A stretch of 64,000 bases of DNA from an uncultured virus (IMG/VR IMGVR_UViG_2775507075_000002) (IMGVR_UViG_2775507075_000002), one strand, 5' to 3'; numbered from the stretch's first letter, positions 38,518 through 47,877 are shown. A program made the numbers and translations. The notes: a model not told the origin generated them from the sequence alone.

Positions 38518-39630
38518 TTAAAGCCTGGCGTTTCTGAATGCCTGCTCATCCTTTGAGCGCAACTGGTCCAGCGTCAGCCACTCGCCTCTGTCGTTGTAGA
38601 ACTCATCGGGAGACATGCCGCCATCACGAATCAGCCTGGCGCGCGTTTCTCCGACAATCTCAGCTTGTCGCGTGAACGACTGCCGGGAGAACCAGTCCTG
38701 GTAAGTCGTATCAGCCGGAACCTGTCCATCCATACTGGCGCGCGAGCTGTCCTTGATTTCGCCGACTTTGATACCCAATTCCTCGGACGATTTCAGGATG
38801 TAAGTTTCGGTGCTCCGACAGCAAAAGTGGATTTTCCCCGGTCCCTGCAAATAAGGCACCTTGTGCCCTATCGGTTTGTTATCCAGCGTGTACTTGAGTC
38901 GGTCGCGGATCCGACAATCCTTTGATGTCCGGTTATCCAAAGTAGATAACCACTGCTTACCCTTCAGAATGTCGTCGTTCGCCGCTGCAAAGCTTTGTCT
39001 TGCTGTCGATGCAAGATGCCCTACTGCCGTTTTCGCTATGCTGGCTGCATTGGCCCGGCTCATCTGAAGCGCACCATCCTGGTAGCCGCGGTTAGCATGG
39101 CCACGAACCTTTTTTGCGATCTGTTCATGCGTATCGCCCAGCAGGAATCCCTGCCGTACCGTATTGGATATGCGCGCCATACGATCAGCTTCGAGGTTGC
39201 TGGCCCATTCGCTTAGCAACCGCCCCTGAAATGGACGCCCCATCGCCGCGGCATAAACTGCATCCGGGGAGATGCCAACCAGTGGATGAAGAGCCAGAAC
39301 ATCGTCGGGAATGGCAAACTGGAAGAGGCTCATCTGAAAACTGGCCTCATGTTTCGCCAGCTCCTGCAGCTCGGTAGAGAGGGCTGCATACATCGACTGT
39401 ATGGCATCCTTGTTTACGGCCCTGACACTGACCAGTAACGCTTCCAGACGCGAAACGGTAAAGCTCTCGGGATCCAGCGTATCGATAGCCACCAGCAGCC
39501 TGGCGGTAAGTTCGGCGTCGCTGTCATTCAGAACTTTTATCATCCTGTTGGCAACGCCGGTGCTGTAGCGACTAACCCATATAGCGTGGGCTATGGATTC
39601 ATCCTGCAGTTTGTCATTCGCCGTTGCCAT
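38518..39630 (-). CDS. Minor head protein (SPP1 gp7/Mu gpF family)
   Basis: WLSTLDNRTSKDC, HFCCRS. Confidence 0.88.
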   Translation of the reverse strand: MATANDKLQDESIAHAIWVSRYSTGVANRMIKVLNDSDAELTARLLVAIDTLDPESFTVSRLEALLVSVRAVNKDAIQSMYAALSTELQELAKHEASFQMSLFQFAIPDDVLALHPLVGISPDAVYAAAMGRPFQGRLLSEWASNLEADRMARISNTVRQGFLLGDTHEQIAKKVRGHANRGYQDGALQMSRANAASIAKTAVGHLASTARQSFAAANDDILKGKQWLSTLDNRTSKDCRIRDRLKYTLDNKPIGHKVPYLQGPGKIHFCCRSTETYILKSSEELGIKVGEIKDSSRASMDGQVPADTTYQDWFSRQSFTRQAEIVGETRARLIRDGGMSPDEFYNDRGEWLTLDQLRSKDEQAFRNARL

Positions 39631-41014
39631 TATTGCCACCAATCAGGTTAGGCGCGCCGTTACGAATAGCGTCAATGACAGTTTCAGGGTCGTCAGCAGG
39701 ATCTATCAGGTCAAGCCTCTGCAGAGCTCTGACCATATCAGTGTCGCGAATCGCACCGTACTGCCAGGCATTGACGATTGCCGTTACCATGCCGGATTCT
39801 GCGACTTTGGCGATAAACTCCTGATTGATGCTGTAACGATATTCCTCGCCTTTAATGCCGAGATATCTGGCGCACCAGCCGAGCGCCAGCGTATAGGCCT
39901 CCGAGACATTGGAAACGCAAATGCCGAGCACCGATGTGGATGCGGTTTGCTCGCCGCTGGATTGCGTGGCGGTTTTAACCGCGCCGTTCTGCTCGATAAG
40001 CCGGGCGCCAAGCTGAACAGAATAATCACGCTTACTGTCCATCGCCTCTTTAGCCAGGGTGTTTGGTTGCGCCTGAGCATAGGTAAAACTCCCCTCCTTC
40101 GGCAGCAGGAATGGAGAACGAGAACCGACACGAATTCCCTTATCCTGCAGCCAGTCACGCCAGGCGGTATCAAGACCGGAAATCACCGGCTGAACCTGAC
40201 CGCAGAAAAATACGCTGTCTTCGTAATCCGCCGAATTTCGATAATGACCAAGGTTAATTTCAACGAGGGCGGCTAAAGGCGACTCGTCGATGCTGGGATC
40301 GTTATTTTGTGCACCAACGAAGGTAAAGGGGATTTCATCCCAAAAATCCTCACCTTTAGGCTTCGGGTGATACTCAGAATCGACGGAAAAAGAGCCTGCG
40401 TCAGCTGACTTTCGCCATACCCGGCAGACAAACTTTCCGTTCTCCAGAGCCAGTTCGCGATACTGGATTTCATCCTCGTACGCAAAACCATCTTCCTTTT
40501 CCATGCATTCACGTAAAACCACCAGCACCAGTTGATCACGTCCATTGATGCGTTTGGTGCGCCAGTTAATGATGCTTTCCGCCTGATAACGAAGGATGAT
40601 CGCCTCGTCGGTCTCAGCTGCATAATCCGTATAAAGCCCCTCGCGCGCGGCCTCCAGAATATTTTCTGTAACCTGCTGGGACTGCTGATAAATGCTGGCA
40701 CCAGCACCATCGGCGTTGTCACGAAGATAATTCAGTTTATCCGGCGCGGTCATGGTCGGGTCTTTTCTGAATGCCAGCCCCAGTAGACCCACTTTTGTAT
40801 TGCCCGTTATCGCGTAGAAAACGGCGCGCTGAATGTAATCAGCATTGCGCTTTTTATTGCGTGCAGACTTATCGGACGGATCCAGAAAAGGGAGGTATTC
40901 ATTCCCGGCGGCCTTTACAGCATCAGCCCCTTTGCACACGTCACGAATTTTTTTCCACACGGGCATCGCCGCCCTGACCTCAGGGCGAACATAAGTAATA
41001 TCGTTATTGGCCAT
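39614..41014 (-). CDS. Portal protein (DUF4055-like)
   Basis: Follows TerL; YIQRAVFY, IPFTFVG, NLGHYRNSAD. Confidence 0.85.
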   Translation of the reverse strand: MANNDITYVRPEVRAAMPVWKKIRDVCKGADAVKAAGNEYLPFLDPSDKSARNKKRNADYIQRAVFYAITGNTKVGLLGLAFRKDPTMTAPDKLNYLRDNADGAGASIYQQSQQVTENILEAAREGLYTDYAAETDEAIILRYQAESIINWRTKRINGRDQLVLVVLRECMEKEDGFAYEDEIQYRELALENGKFVCRVWRKSADAGSFSVDSEYHPKPKGEDFWDEIPFTFVGAQNNDPSIDESPLAALVEINLGHYRNSADYEDSVFFCGQVQPVISGLDTAWRDWLQDKGIRVGSRSPFLLPKEGSFTYAQAQPNTLAKEAMDSKRDYSVQLGARLIEQNGAVKTATQSSGEQTASTSVLGICVSNVSEAYTLALGWCARYLGIKGEEYRYSINQEFIAKVAESGMVTAIVNAWQYGAIRDTDMVRALQRLDLIDPADDPETVIDAIRNGAPNLIGGNNGNGE

Positions 41015-42321
41015 CAGAATGTCGTGTCCAGTGAAATAGAGAATGCAGGTCGAACGATTGGGAATTGCTTCACAATGAAGTAACCAGCGCCATCGTTGGG
41101 GTGATCGTTATCGCTCTTTTTATCCGGCTCGCCGTTTTTATCCCACACCTGTTGTTCCAGGCAGTCGGCATAGACCGGGCAACGGGCCACATTCACCTTG
41201 TACCGGCGATCACCATTACCATTACAGAACATGGCGTTCATGGAGTTGATGCGGTCCTTTACCGGCGGGTTAGCATCATCAACGATGACGTTAAATCCGG
41301 CCTGTCGGAGCTGCTCAATATCTGTTTTGCTGGCGTTGTTTGATTTCCTGGAGTCACCAGAGGCATCCGGGTAAATATAAATCTCGCGGACCTTGCGGTA
41401 GTCACCGTCGGCATACAGCCAGAAACGTTCCTTGATGATGCGTATCATGTCTGGCGTATCGTAAGCGTTGATAATCTCTGTTACCGCGTGTGGTAAGCCG
41501 AGCCGCAATACATGGACGATCCCGGCCATCTTCCCGACGTTGAAATCCATCCCGATATACAGCGCTTCACCTGGCTGTTCTTCCTCACTGGAATTATTCA
41601 GCACTCTGTCGAACTGATGATAAATGGTGCCGCTGGTCAGGTTAGTAAACTGGCCGTTCAGATATGCCTTGATCAATTCCGGCGGGTAACTCGCCAGAAG
41701 CGAAGGAATATAGTCATCCGGCAGGTTCTTTTCGTTGTCGAATGTCGAAGCCTGTACCAGACCATACATCGACCTCAGTTCAGGCTTTTCCCTCACAGCC
41801 TTAACAAACTGGTTATAGACGAACTTAAATCCTTCAGGTGTGGTAGTCACGTCAATGCCATTACGCAGACCATCAACTTTATAACGCATACGCGCGATTA
41901 TTTTTCGCCACGCCTGACGCGCCTTATCCGCTTTCAGAACGTCGAGTTCATCCACCAGCGCATTGCCGATTTTAAAGCCTACTATCGTGTCGGGCTTTTC
42001 CATCGACCGACAAATTGTCGTGCCGCGGTACTGGCGCCCACTGTAGAAATGGACCTCTTTGTTGCTTTCAACGATTTTGACTTTCAGTCCCCAGTCGTGA
42101 GCAACTTCTTCCACCGTGGGGTAGAAAATATCGCGGATCTGAGGATAAGTCGGGGCAAAGTAGCCTTGGTTTATTTTGGGGAACTCCCAGAACCCTTTGC
42201 ATATTCCACCGCAGCCAACCCATGTCTTACCGGATCCAAAACCAGCTACATAGGCTTTGAACTTCTGCTGCATAGCCAGAAAACGAGCCTGGGGAACGTT
42301 AAGCGTCGGAGCTATCGCCAT
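41014..42321 (-). CDS. Terminase large subunit
   Basis: Walker A AGFGSGKT, LVDE, TTTPEG, GMDFN, DHPND. Confidence 0.95.
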   Translation of the reverse strand: MAIAPTLNVPQARFLAMQQKFKAYVAGFGSGKTWVGCGGICKGFWEFPKINQGYFAPTYPQIRDIFYPTVEEVAHDWGLKVKIVESNKEVHFYSGRQYRGTTICRSMEKPDTIVGFKIGNALVDELDVLKADKARQAWRKIIARMRYKVDGLRNGIDVTTTPEGFKFVYNQFVKAVREKPELRSMYGLVQASTFDNEKNLPDDYIPSLLASYPPELIKAYLNGQFTNLTSGTIYHQFDRVLNNSSEEEQPGEALYIGMDFNVGKMAGIVHVLRLGLPHAVTEIINAYDTPDMIRIIKERFWLYADGDYRKVREIYIYPDASGDSRKSNNASKTDIEQLRQAGFNVIVDDANPPVKDRINSMNAMFCNGNGDRRYKVNVARCPVYADCLEQQVWDKNGEPDKKSDNDHPNDGAGYFIVKQFPIVRPAFSISLDTTF

Positions 42322-43303
42322 CCTCTTCCCTCACTCGCGCATCGACTACGTTGATATTGATCGCAACTGGCGTTGGTTCGTCATCTTCTGGGTCAGCGGC
42401 CAGCTCTTTACGGAGCTTGTCGATCTCCAGCTGCCGGCGCTCGATTTCAATCTGCTGTAGACGCTGGGCGAACTCACTGTCAGCCAGGCCGAGACGTTTC
42501 ATCACCGCCTCGTACATGCGCTCACGGCTGATGGCGGTTATCTCAACGCCATTCTTACCAAGCTTCACACCGGAATAGGCAAGCGCAGCATCCGGCGCCA
42601 GCTTGCGCGTATCGGCGAAGAAAGGCTGGCCGATGCCATCACCATTACAGCGAGGACATTTCGGGTTAGGCGAGCTGGTATGGTCGTAACCGTAGCCGCC
42701 TCTGTCGTTTGGCTCTTTCCCTTTCTTCGCTAAAGCCTCAGCCAGCTTCTCTTCGAACTCAACCGCATCGCGCCATTGATACTGGTGACCGAAGCCCCAG
42801 CAGTAACGGCAGCTCCCGCGGCGATACTGAGAAAGTTGGTTGGCGTCGAATGTTGCCAGCCGCCACATCTGCTCAAGCACTTCATCCGCGCTGCCAAGCG
42901 TGCGCACAATGGATGCTTTCTGCTGCTGCGCAATGGCCTGCGCAACTGAAGTTTTCTGAAGCAGCTGATAGCCAATTTGTTCAGCAGTCTTCTTGCTGTA
43001 CCCGGCACGGATAGCGGCCTGCGTGGCGTTGTGGTCCTTCAGGTATTCTGCGACAAATAAACGTTGCTGATCGGTGAGGCCATCATCATCCACCAGCTCT
43101 TCTGCGCACTTTTCCTTTTGCGCAGTGCGCAGTTTCTTCTGCGCAGGTTTTTGCGCAGTTTGCGCAGTGGGTTTCTTGATGTATCGGCGGGCAGTAGCGT
43201 AATTCAGTCCCTGCGCTTCACACCAATCCTTCGGTGATACGCCGGTTGCGGCATGATCGGACAGGAACCGTCGCTGAAGCTCGCCCCAGTCCGGTTTTGC
43301 CAT
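42299..43303 (-). CDS. Terminase small subunit
   Basis: LTDQQRLFVAEYL..NATQAAIRAGYSKKTA. Confidence 0.92.
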   Translation of the reverse strand: MAKPDWGELQRRFLSDHAATGVSPKDWCEAQGLNYATARRYIKKPTAQTAQKPAQKKLRTAQKEKCAEELVDDDGLTDQQRLFVAEYLKDHNATQAAIRAGYSKKTAEQIGYQLLQKTSVAQAIAQQQKASIVRTLGSADEVLEQMWRLATFDANQLSQYRRGSCRYCWGFGHQYQWRDAVEFEEKLAEALAKKGKEPNDRGGYGYDHTSSPNPKCPRCNGDGIGQPFFADTRKLAPDAALAYSGVKLGKNGVEITAISRERMYEAVMKRLGLADSEFAQRLQQIEIERRQLEIDKLRKELAADPEDDEPTPVAININVVDARVREEDGDSSDA

Positions 43304-43407
43304 GGATTATTCCTATTTAACGTGAGGGAGAAAAAGGAATTACTGATTCTCCATAAAATATTCACTTTTTTGTTTTGGAATTAAGGCTCTTTAGTTCAGG
43401 AGTTATT

Positions 43408-43536
43408 ATGAAAAGAATTATGCTTGCTGTTTTTGTGATCTGTGGTGCGCTGTCTCTTTCAGGATGTTTCCTTCCCCCTGGGCCTCATAGCGGCGGACAT
43501 GGTGGAGATCACTTCCATGGTCCAGAGCATCGTTAA
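43408..43536 (+). CDS. 42-aa His/Gly-rich lipoprotein (not in the ORF track)
   Basis: AGGAG RBS; MKRIMLAVFVICGALSLSGC-FLPPGPHSGGHGGDHFHGPEHR. Confidence 0.75.
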   Translation: MKRIMLAVFVICGALSLSGCFLPPGPHSGGHGGDHFHGPEHR

Positions 43537-43566
43537 CCGCCTGAGGACTTTCATTTTACAGAAATG

Positions 43567-43705
43567 AAAAAGGCCGCAAAATTATGCGGCCTTTGGTCAC
43601 TACCAACCAGCGTATAAAGAATCTCTCAGGAGCCAACAGAGAGAGGTGCATCTATCCGGCTAACTAACCTCTGGCGTTCTGATGTTGGCAGGCAGAGACG
43701 TTATG
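43567..43705 (-). ncRNA. Candidate sRNA, homologous to 44544..44695
   Basis: Shared TGGCTCCTGAGAGATT, GCCAACA(T/C)CA and similar terminators. Confidence 0.5.
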
Positions 43706-43772
43706 AGAGTATTGAGTATTTCAAAATACACCGGGAGAAACAGACAATGATATCAGTCCATTGTCTGACGGG

Positions 43773-43810
43773 CATTATCACAGGCACTCAATGAATACCT
43801 GCTGTAATGC
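43773..43810. repeat. 38-bp hairpin-forming direct repeat (second copy 44127..44164)
   Basis: CATTATCACAGGCACTC(A/G)ATGAAT(A/G)CCTGCTGTAATGC. Confidence 0.9.
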
Positions 43811-43851
43811 GGTCAGATACCAGTTTATAACCTGACCAAATGTTACTTAGA

Positions 43852-44043
43852 TCACAATCCATAGAACCACCCACCAATGCCAAAGGCTGCAGCGATCACC
43901 AGACAAGCAATTGCCGTTTTAGGCATTAACACACCGTAAAATGCAGGAGACAATCCCAGGAATAAAACCATTAGCACTGGCCACATACTAAGCAACAGGA
44001 AAAAGTAGCCATTTATACCACCGCTGCTAAACGTCACATTCAC
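43852..44043 (-). CDS. Small membrane protein
   Basis: Two hydrophobic segments. Confidence 0.5.
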   Translation of the reverse strand: MNVTFSSGGINGYFFLLLSMWPVLMVLFLGLSPAFYGVLMPKTAIACLVIAAAFGIGGWFYGL

Positions 44044-44165
44044 TCCAAACCATTACCCGGACTTTCCATAGCTTGGTTGCTTCGTTGCATGATATCATAC
44101 AACTGCCCCTTATACAGGAGCTTTAACATTATCACAGGCACTCGATGAATGCCTGCTGTAATGCC

Positions 44166-44411
44166 TTAGCTGACCTTCTCAGCGGCAGTATCAAACAGCG
44201 CCAGCGCTTCGGTCGCTTCCTGGATTGCCTTACGGGTCTTCGAGACAATCTCACTTTCCGTGAAAACACGATCGAAAGAGTCAGCGAATAGCTCAGACTT
44301 CAGATAGCTGTCGCCTACCCAGTCAATGGCCAGCTTGGCCGCTGCGGTGTCATAATTAACTTTCTTGATGATATCCAGGCGGATTTGCTCGGATGCAGTG
44401 ATCTCTGACAT
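44166..44411 (-). CDS. Hypothetical phage protein (DUF2560-like)
   Basis: GAGGT RBS; position after lysis genes. Confidence 0.6.
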   Translation of the reverse strand: MSEITASEQIRLDIIKKVNYDTAAAKLAIDWVGDSYLKSELFADSFDRVFTESEIVSKTRKAIQEATEALALFDTAAEKVS

Positions 44412-44543
44412 GTCTTACCTCTGTGCGATGTGGGGAGTATTATCGAAGCCATTCGACAAAATAGCCTCTGTGATGCTTTTGCATTTATCTTTGCCGTGTG
44501 TACAAGCTGAACGGTTTCCTTACGGATGCCTGTTACGCACAAT

Positions 44544-44695
44544 AAAAAAGGTCGCATAAAAAATGCGACCTTTGGTTGGTACCAGTTAGAAAACTAAAAT
44601 CTCTCAGGAGCCACCCGGGAGAGGCTTTTCTGCTTTTTAACTGACCACTGCCGTTTTGGTGTTGGCTGGCAGTGATAACGTGATGATAGCTTCAT
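44544..44695 (-). ncRNA. Candidate sRNA, homologous to 43567..43705
   Basis: Possible TAACTT -10, two hairpins, terminator AAAGGTCGCA/TGCGACCTTT. Confidence 0.5.
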
Positions 44696-44845
44696 TTAAG
44701 TTATCGATAGCATTTAAATATCGAAAGAGCTCATTGAACCAATCATTTTCAACTTGCCGGAACATTCAACCAGAGCACCAGGCATCTCTGCTGGTCTTTT
44801 GATGGCAATTCTCAGCTCTCCCGAACGAGGCCGGTAACTAACAAT

Positions 44846-45094
44846 TTATTCGACAGTTCCTTCGGCATTAACCCAAAGATCTAGATGCTTGATGTAGCGT
44901 TGGATGGGCACATAAATAACCGCCCCATCTACAAGGTTAACGGACTTGATAACACATCCCTGCGGAGCTAAATAATCCCCATCACAATGAGGGTGAATAG
45001 AGTGCTCGTCACCGTATCGATAACCATGCGGAAGTTGAGGGAGTGAATTTCTTGTCATGGGCAGCTTCTTAGATAGAAGGAATTGAAAATCCAT
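44846..45094 (-). CDS. Hypothetical protein
   Basis: ORF only; start uncertain. Confidence 0.45.
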   Translation of the reverse strand: MDFQFLLSKKLPMTRNSLPQLPHGYRYGDEHSIHPHCDGDYLAPQGCVIKSVNLVDGAVIYVPIQRYIKHLDLWVNAEGTVE

Positions 45095-45224
45095 AGTGCC
45101 TTAATGCACCTGACTTAGATACCAACTTTTCATTTTTCAGCGCTCTGTTGTCTCGTATTCTGATTTTTTGTTCATGTGGCCATGTAAATTTCAATACCTA
45201 AAGTGTTCTGCGTTTGTAGCTGAA

Positions 45225-45455
45225 TTACCTGGAACCCTTCTCTGTGAGCTGCGAGCAATTGGCCTGCACTGCTTTGTTGTGCGCCAGGATGTCACGCTTG
45301 GTCTGCTTATCCAACACATCGATATCGTGGTCAGTCAGGTAGATGATCCGCACCCAGCTGCAGGCCGTGTCAACGACTACCGGGGCGGGTAAACTTTTCG
45401 CGCAACTCCCGATCAACATCGTCATCGCCCATACGCTTAACGTCTTCCTGTACAT
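45225..45455 (-). CDS. o-spanin (Rz1-like lipoprotein)
   Basis: MYRK..MLIGSC lipobox, overlapping the i-spanin. Confidence 0.75.
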   Translation of the reverse strand: MYRKTLSVWAMTMLIGSCAKSLPAPVVVDTACSWVRIIYLTDHDIDVLDKQTKRDILAHNKAVQANCSQLTEKGSR

Positions 45456-45645
45456 CGCTGGCCCCTTTCGTGACTTCAGCACGGCGTTCTGCCGCGGCGA
45501 CAGTAGCAGCGGCGTTCTCTTCGGTACGTTGCTGATCAGCTTTGGCTTTCGCCTTACTGGCCCCGCGAGCATGGCCAATGCCGAACGCGCCAGCAATAGC
45601 ACCCAGGATGACGACCACCAGTCCCGCGATAATTTCAAAGCTCAT
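45370..45645 (-). CDS. i-spanin (Rz-like)
   Basis: N-terminal TM plus helical domain. Confidence 0.75.
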   Translation of the reverse strand: MSFEIIAGLVVVILGAIAGAFGIGHARGASKAKAKADQQRTEENAAATVAAAERRAEVTKGASDVQEDVKRMGDDDVDRELREKFTRPGSR

Positions 45646-45986
45646 TGCTGCTCCTTCAGTTCGTCGGCCTTTTCTTTCAATGCTGGCTGGCGTACGTATT
45701 GCGATAGTACGGCCAGCACCACCAGCGCAGGGCTAATCAACGCAACGATGTTTGGCGGCAGGATGTTTTTGATATCCGGCGGCAGCACCGCCCAGGCGTG
45801 CAGCGCAGCATCCGGGAACGACTGCGCCCATACACCAACCAGCGCGCCGATAGCTCCCAGCTTTACAGACCACGTTTTCAGCAGCAAGCTGGCATGCCCT
45901 ACGAACTCCAGCCGGGTATATTTGCGCAGAAGTAACAGAACGAGCACAGCCACCAGCACAAGCAAAGCGAAAATGATCATCTTCAC
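45642..45986 (-). CDS. Lysis-cassette membrane protein (holin-like)
   Basis: Three TM segments between endolysin and spanins. Confidence 0.6.
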   Translation of the reverse strand: MKMIIFALLVLVAVLVLLLLRKYTRLEFVGHASLLLKTWSVKLGAIGALVGVWAQSFPDAALHAWAVLPPDIKNILPPNIVALISPALVVLAVLSQYVRQPALKEKADELKEQQ

Positions 45987-46522
45987 AGGACACGCTCCTT
46001 AACCCAGCCGTAGAGAAAATCCTCGTTGGCTTCGCGGCCCTCCGCCAGTTCGAGGTATCTGGCACCCTGGCTGCAGTTCAGCGCACGCAACAGAACCTGT
46101 TCACCCTCTTTCCCGCGGGCGGAAAGGTATCCCTTAAGCGCGGTGATGGTTCGGGGACCAATGGCGCCATCCGGAATCAGATCGGGATACAGCTTTCCGC
46201 GCATATTCATTGCGGTCAGCCAGCGCTGGAAAAACTTACTGGCTACAGATGGCCCCATGTTCACGCCAGTGTCGCAAAGCTCATCTGCCAGTAACGTAGA
46301 TAGAGCTGCCACCTGGTCAAACCGGGGGCCGGTCCAGTAATCGCTCAGCAGGATTTGCTTTGCTGTTTCCCTGGGCAGGTTCCGCATATCACCGGTGTAG
46401 CCATGTGCACGGGCGGTGGTCTGCGTGATGCCCCAGCGGGTCGGCCCGCCTTTATCCGACGGATGATCGACATAACCATCCTCCTTGCCGAGGATCCCCT
46501 CGATAATCTGGTCTGCTGTCAT
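45983..46522 (-). CDS. Endolysin, glycoside hydrolase family 108 with PG-binding domain
   Basis: E(D)GYVDHPSDKGGPTRWGIT, DGAIGPRT, FLYGW. Confidence 0.92.
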   Translation of the reverse strand: MTADQIIEGILGKEDGYVDHPSDKGGPTRWGITQTTARAHGYTGDMRNLPRETAKQILLSDYWTGPRFDQVAALSTLLADELCDTGVNMGPSVASKFFQRWLTAMNMRGKLYPDLIPDGAIGPRTITALKGYLSARGKEGEQVLLRALNCSQGARYLELAEGREANEDFLYGWVKERVL

Positions 46523-46830
46523 TGTGCTTTCACTCCGGTGATTCGTTCCCAGAAATACGTGAGCGCTACGGAGCCCATCGCGCCGCTTATCCCCGCGGTT
46601 GCCAGAATCATGTAAATGCTCAGTCCGCTTTCAATGCTCACCAGGCCAGCAATAACGCCGGTAAACCCTGAAACCACCATTTGGGCAAGAGCATTGAACA
46701 AGCTCCATGTTGCCTTGCTCTGCTTCACATCTATCAGGTAGCGGACAAGTCCACCCCAGCAAGCAATGATCAGCAGAACCAGCCAGGACATCCCGGCAAT
46801 GCTCTCTTTGTCTTGCATACGTTTAGCCAT
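46519..46830 (-). CDS. Holin
   Basis: Three TM segments immediately upstream of the endolysin. Confidence 0.85.
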   Translation of the reverse strand: MAKRMQDKESIAGMSWLVLLIIACWGGLVRYLIDVKQSKATWSLFNALAQMVVSGFTGVIAGLVSIESGLSIYMILATAGISGAMGSVALTYFWERITGVKAQ

Positions 46831-47019
46831 AGTTACCGCCTCCGATGGAAGATCGGGAAGCTGTGTGTTTGAAAAGGGTCAGGCCCGTCAGGCTGGATTT
46901 AACAACGAAGCGTGTCGATGATGATTCCTGCGGGACCTGATAATAAAAAAGCCATGCAAATGCATGGCCTTGTGATTTGAATCCGTTATTTACAAAATGT
47001 ATTCGAGACAGTATCTTTC

Positions 47020-47101
47020 GACTTCCGGACAAAAAACATATACCGGGACAAAATCTAAATGTAACTGCCTTGCCTGCATGAAACCATGCGGGCTTTTTTT
47101 T
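47020..47101 (+). ncRNA. Candidate ~80-nt sRNA convergent to late transcription
   Basis: TTTACA-17-TATCTT promoter; GCCTGCATG/CATGCGGGC hairpin plus T8. Confidence 0.5.
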
Positions 47102-47107
47102 GCCCAA

Positions 47108-47271
47108 AGAAAAAGCCCACCGAAGTGGGCCTTACAGCTATCATCATTTTTTATTAGGTGTGGTGCCGGGTGCCTCCCGGTAAGTCGCCGCCAGTCCACA
47201 GACGACTCGCAATGCGCAAAAAAACATATCAGACTGGCAATGCCCCTCCGCATAGGGGGATTCACCACACC
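47108..47271 (-). ncRNA. Candidate multi-stem ncRNA with own promoter and terminator
   Basis: TTGAAA-17-TAAATT; stems GGTGTGGTG/CACCACACC, CCCCT/AGGGG, GCCAGTC/GACTGGC, CCGGG/CCCGG; GCCCAC-TTCG-GTGGGC terminator. Confidence 0.6.
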
Positions 47272-47430
47272 AGAAATTTAACATTCAGTCTTTCTGGTTT
47301 CAATACTCTGCTTGTCTGAGGTATCGGCTCACCATAACCGCCCAGCCTGATGTTATCAGCGTGTAGCGGCTTGTTTTTCTCTTTGATAAAATTGATTCGC
47401 AAATGATTAAAACATCAACTGGTGCATAAT

Positions 47431-47877
47431 ATGAGTAAGTACTCAGACCTTTTACAGGTAATCAAGTCACGGGTTTGCCAAAATAACAACTTCCCCCAAA
47501 CATTACTGGCAGACTCACACAGTTACAGAACCAGGCAGGTTTGGTACCGAATAGGACAAATATTCACTCTTGAATGTATTCTCGATGAGTACAGGAAACA
47601 TTTTTCATCGGATTATTATTATCTTGATAACGATAAGGCTCTTCATCACCTTATCTTCGAAATGACCAAGTGGAAACCTGAAGAGATTAGAAGACTCTCG
47701 CTAAACGACTGTCTCTTTATCATTGCCAGTCAACTAAAGCCCAGTTATATGTCAGAAGATGCTGCCGCTGTCCTGGCGTCACTCAATCTGCCGACTGGCC
47801 ACTATCCTGTTGAGGATTTTCCACAAGAGGACTGGGATCCCAGGGAAAACTCAGCATTCCTTGAAAGCTATCAGTAG
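47431..47877 (+). CDS. Phage-associated hypothetical protein (moron, opposite to late genes)
   Basis: 148-aa AT-rich ORF. Confidence 0.65.
   Translation: MSKYSDLLQVIKSRVCQNNNFPQTLLADSHSYRTRQVWYRIGQIFTLECILDEYRKHFSSDYYYLDNDKALHHLIFEMTKWKPEEIRRLSLNDCLFIIASQLKPSYMSEDAAAVLASLNLPTGHYPVEDFPQEDWDPRENSAFLESYQ

Noticed and set aside
41512..42354. Long antisense ORFs over structural genes (this one and similar)
   Set aside because: Shadow frames of well-supported genes, with no RBS or recognisable motifs
43620..43635. Invariant 16-mer as an SdsR or CyaR complement
   Set aside because: Internal mismatches against the recalled sequences; not convincing
44681..44690. MicF-like GCTATCATCA at the 5' end of a candidate sRNA
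   Set aside because: Only 10 nt and absent from the homologous element; may be chance
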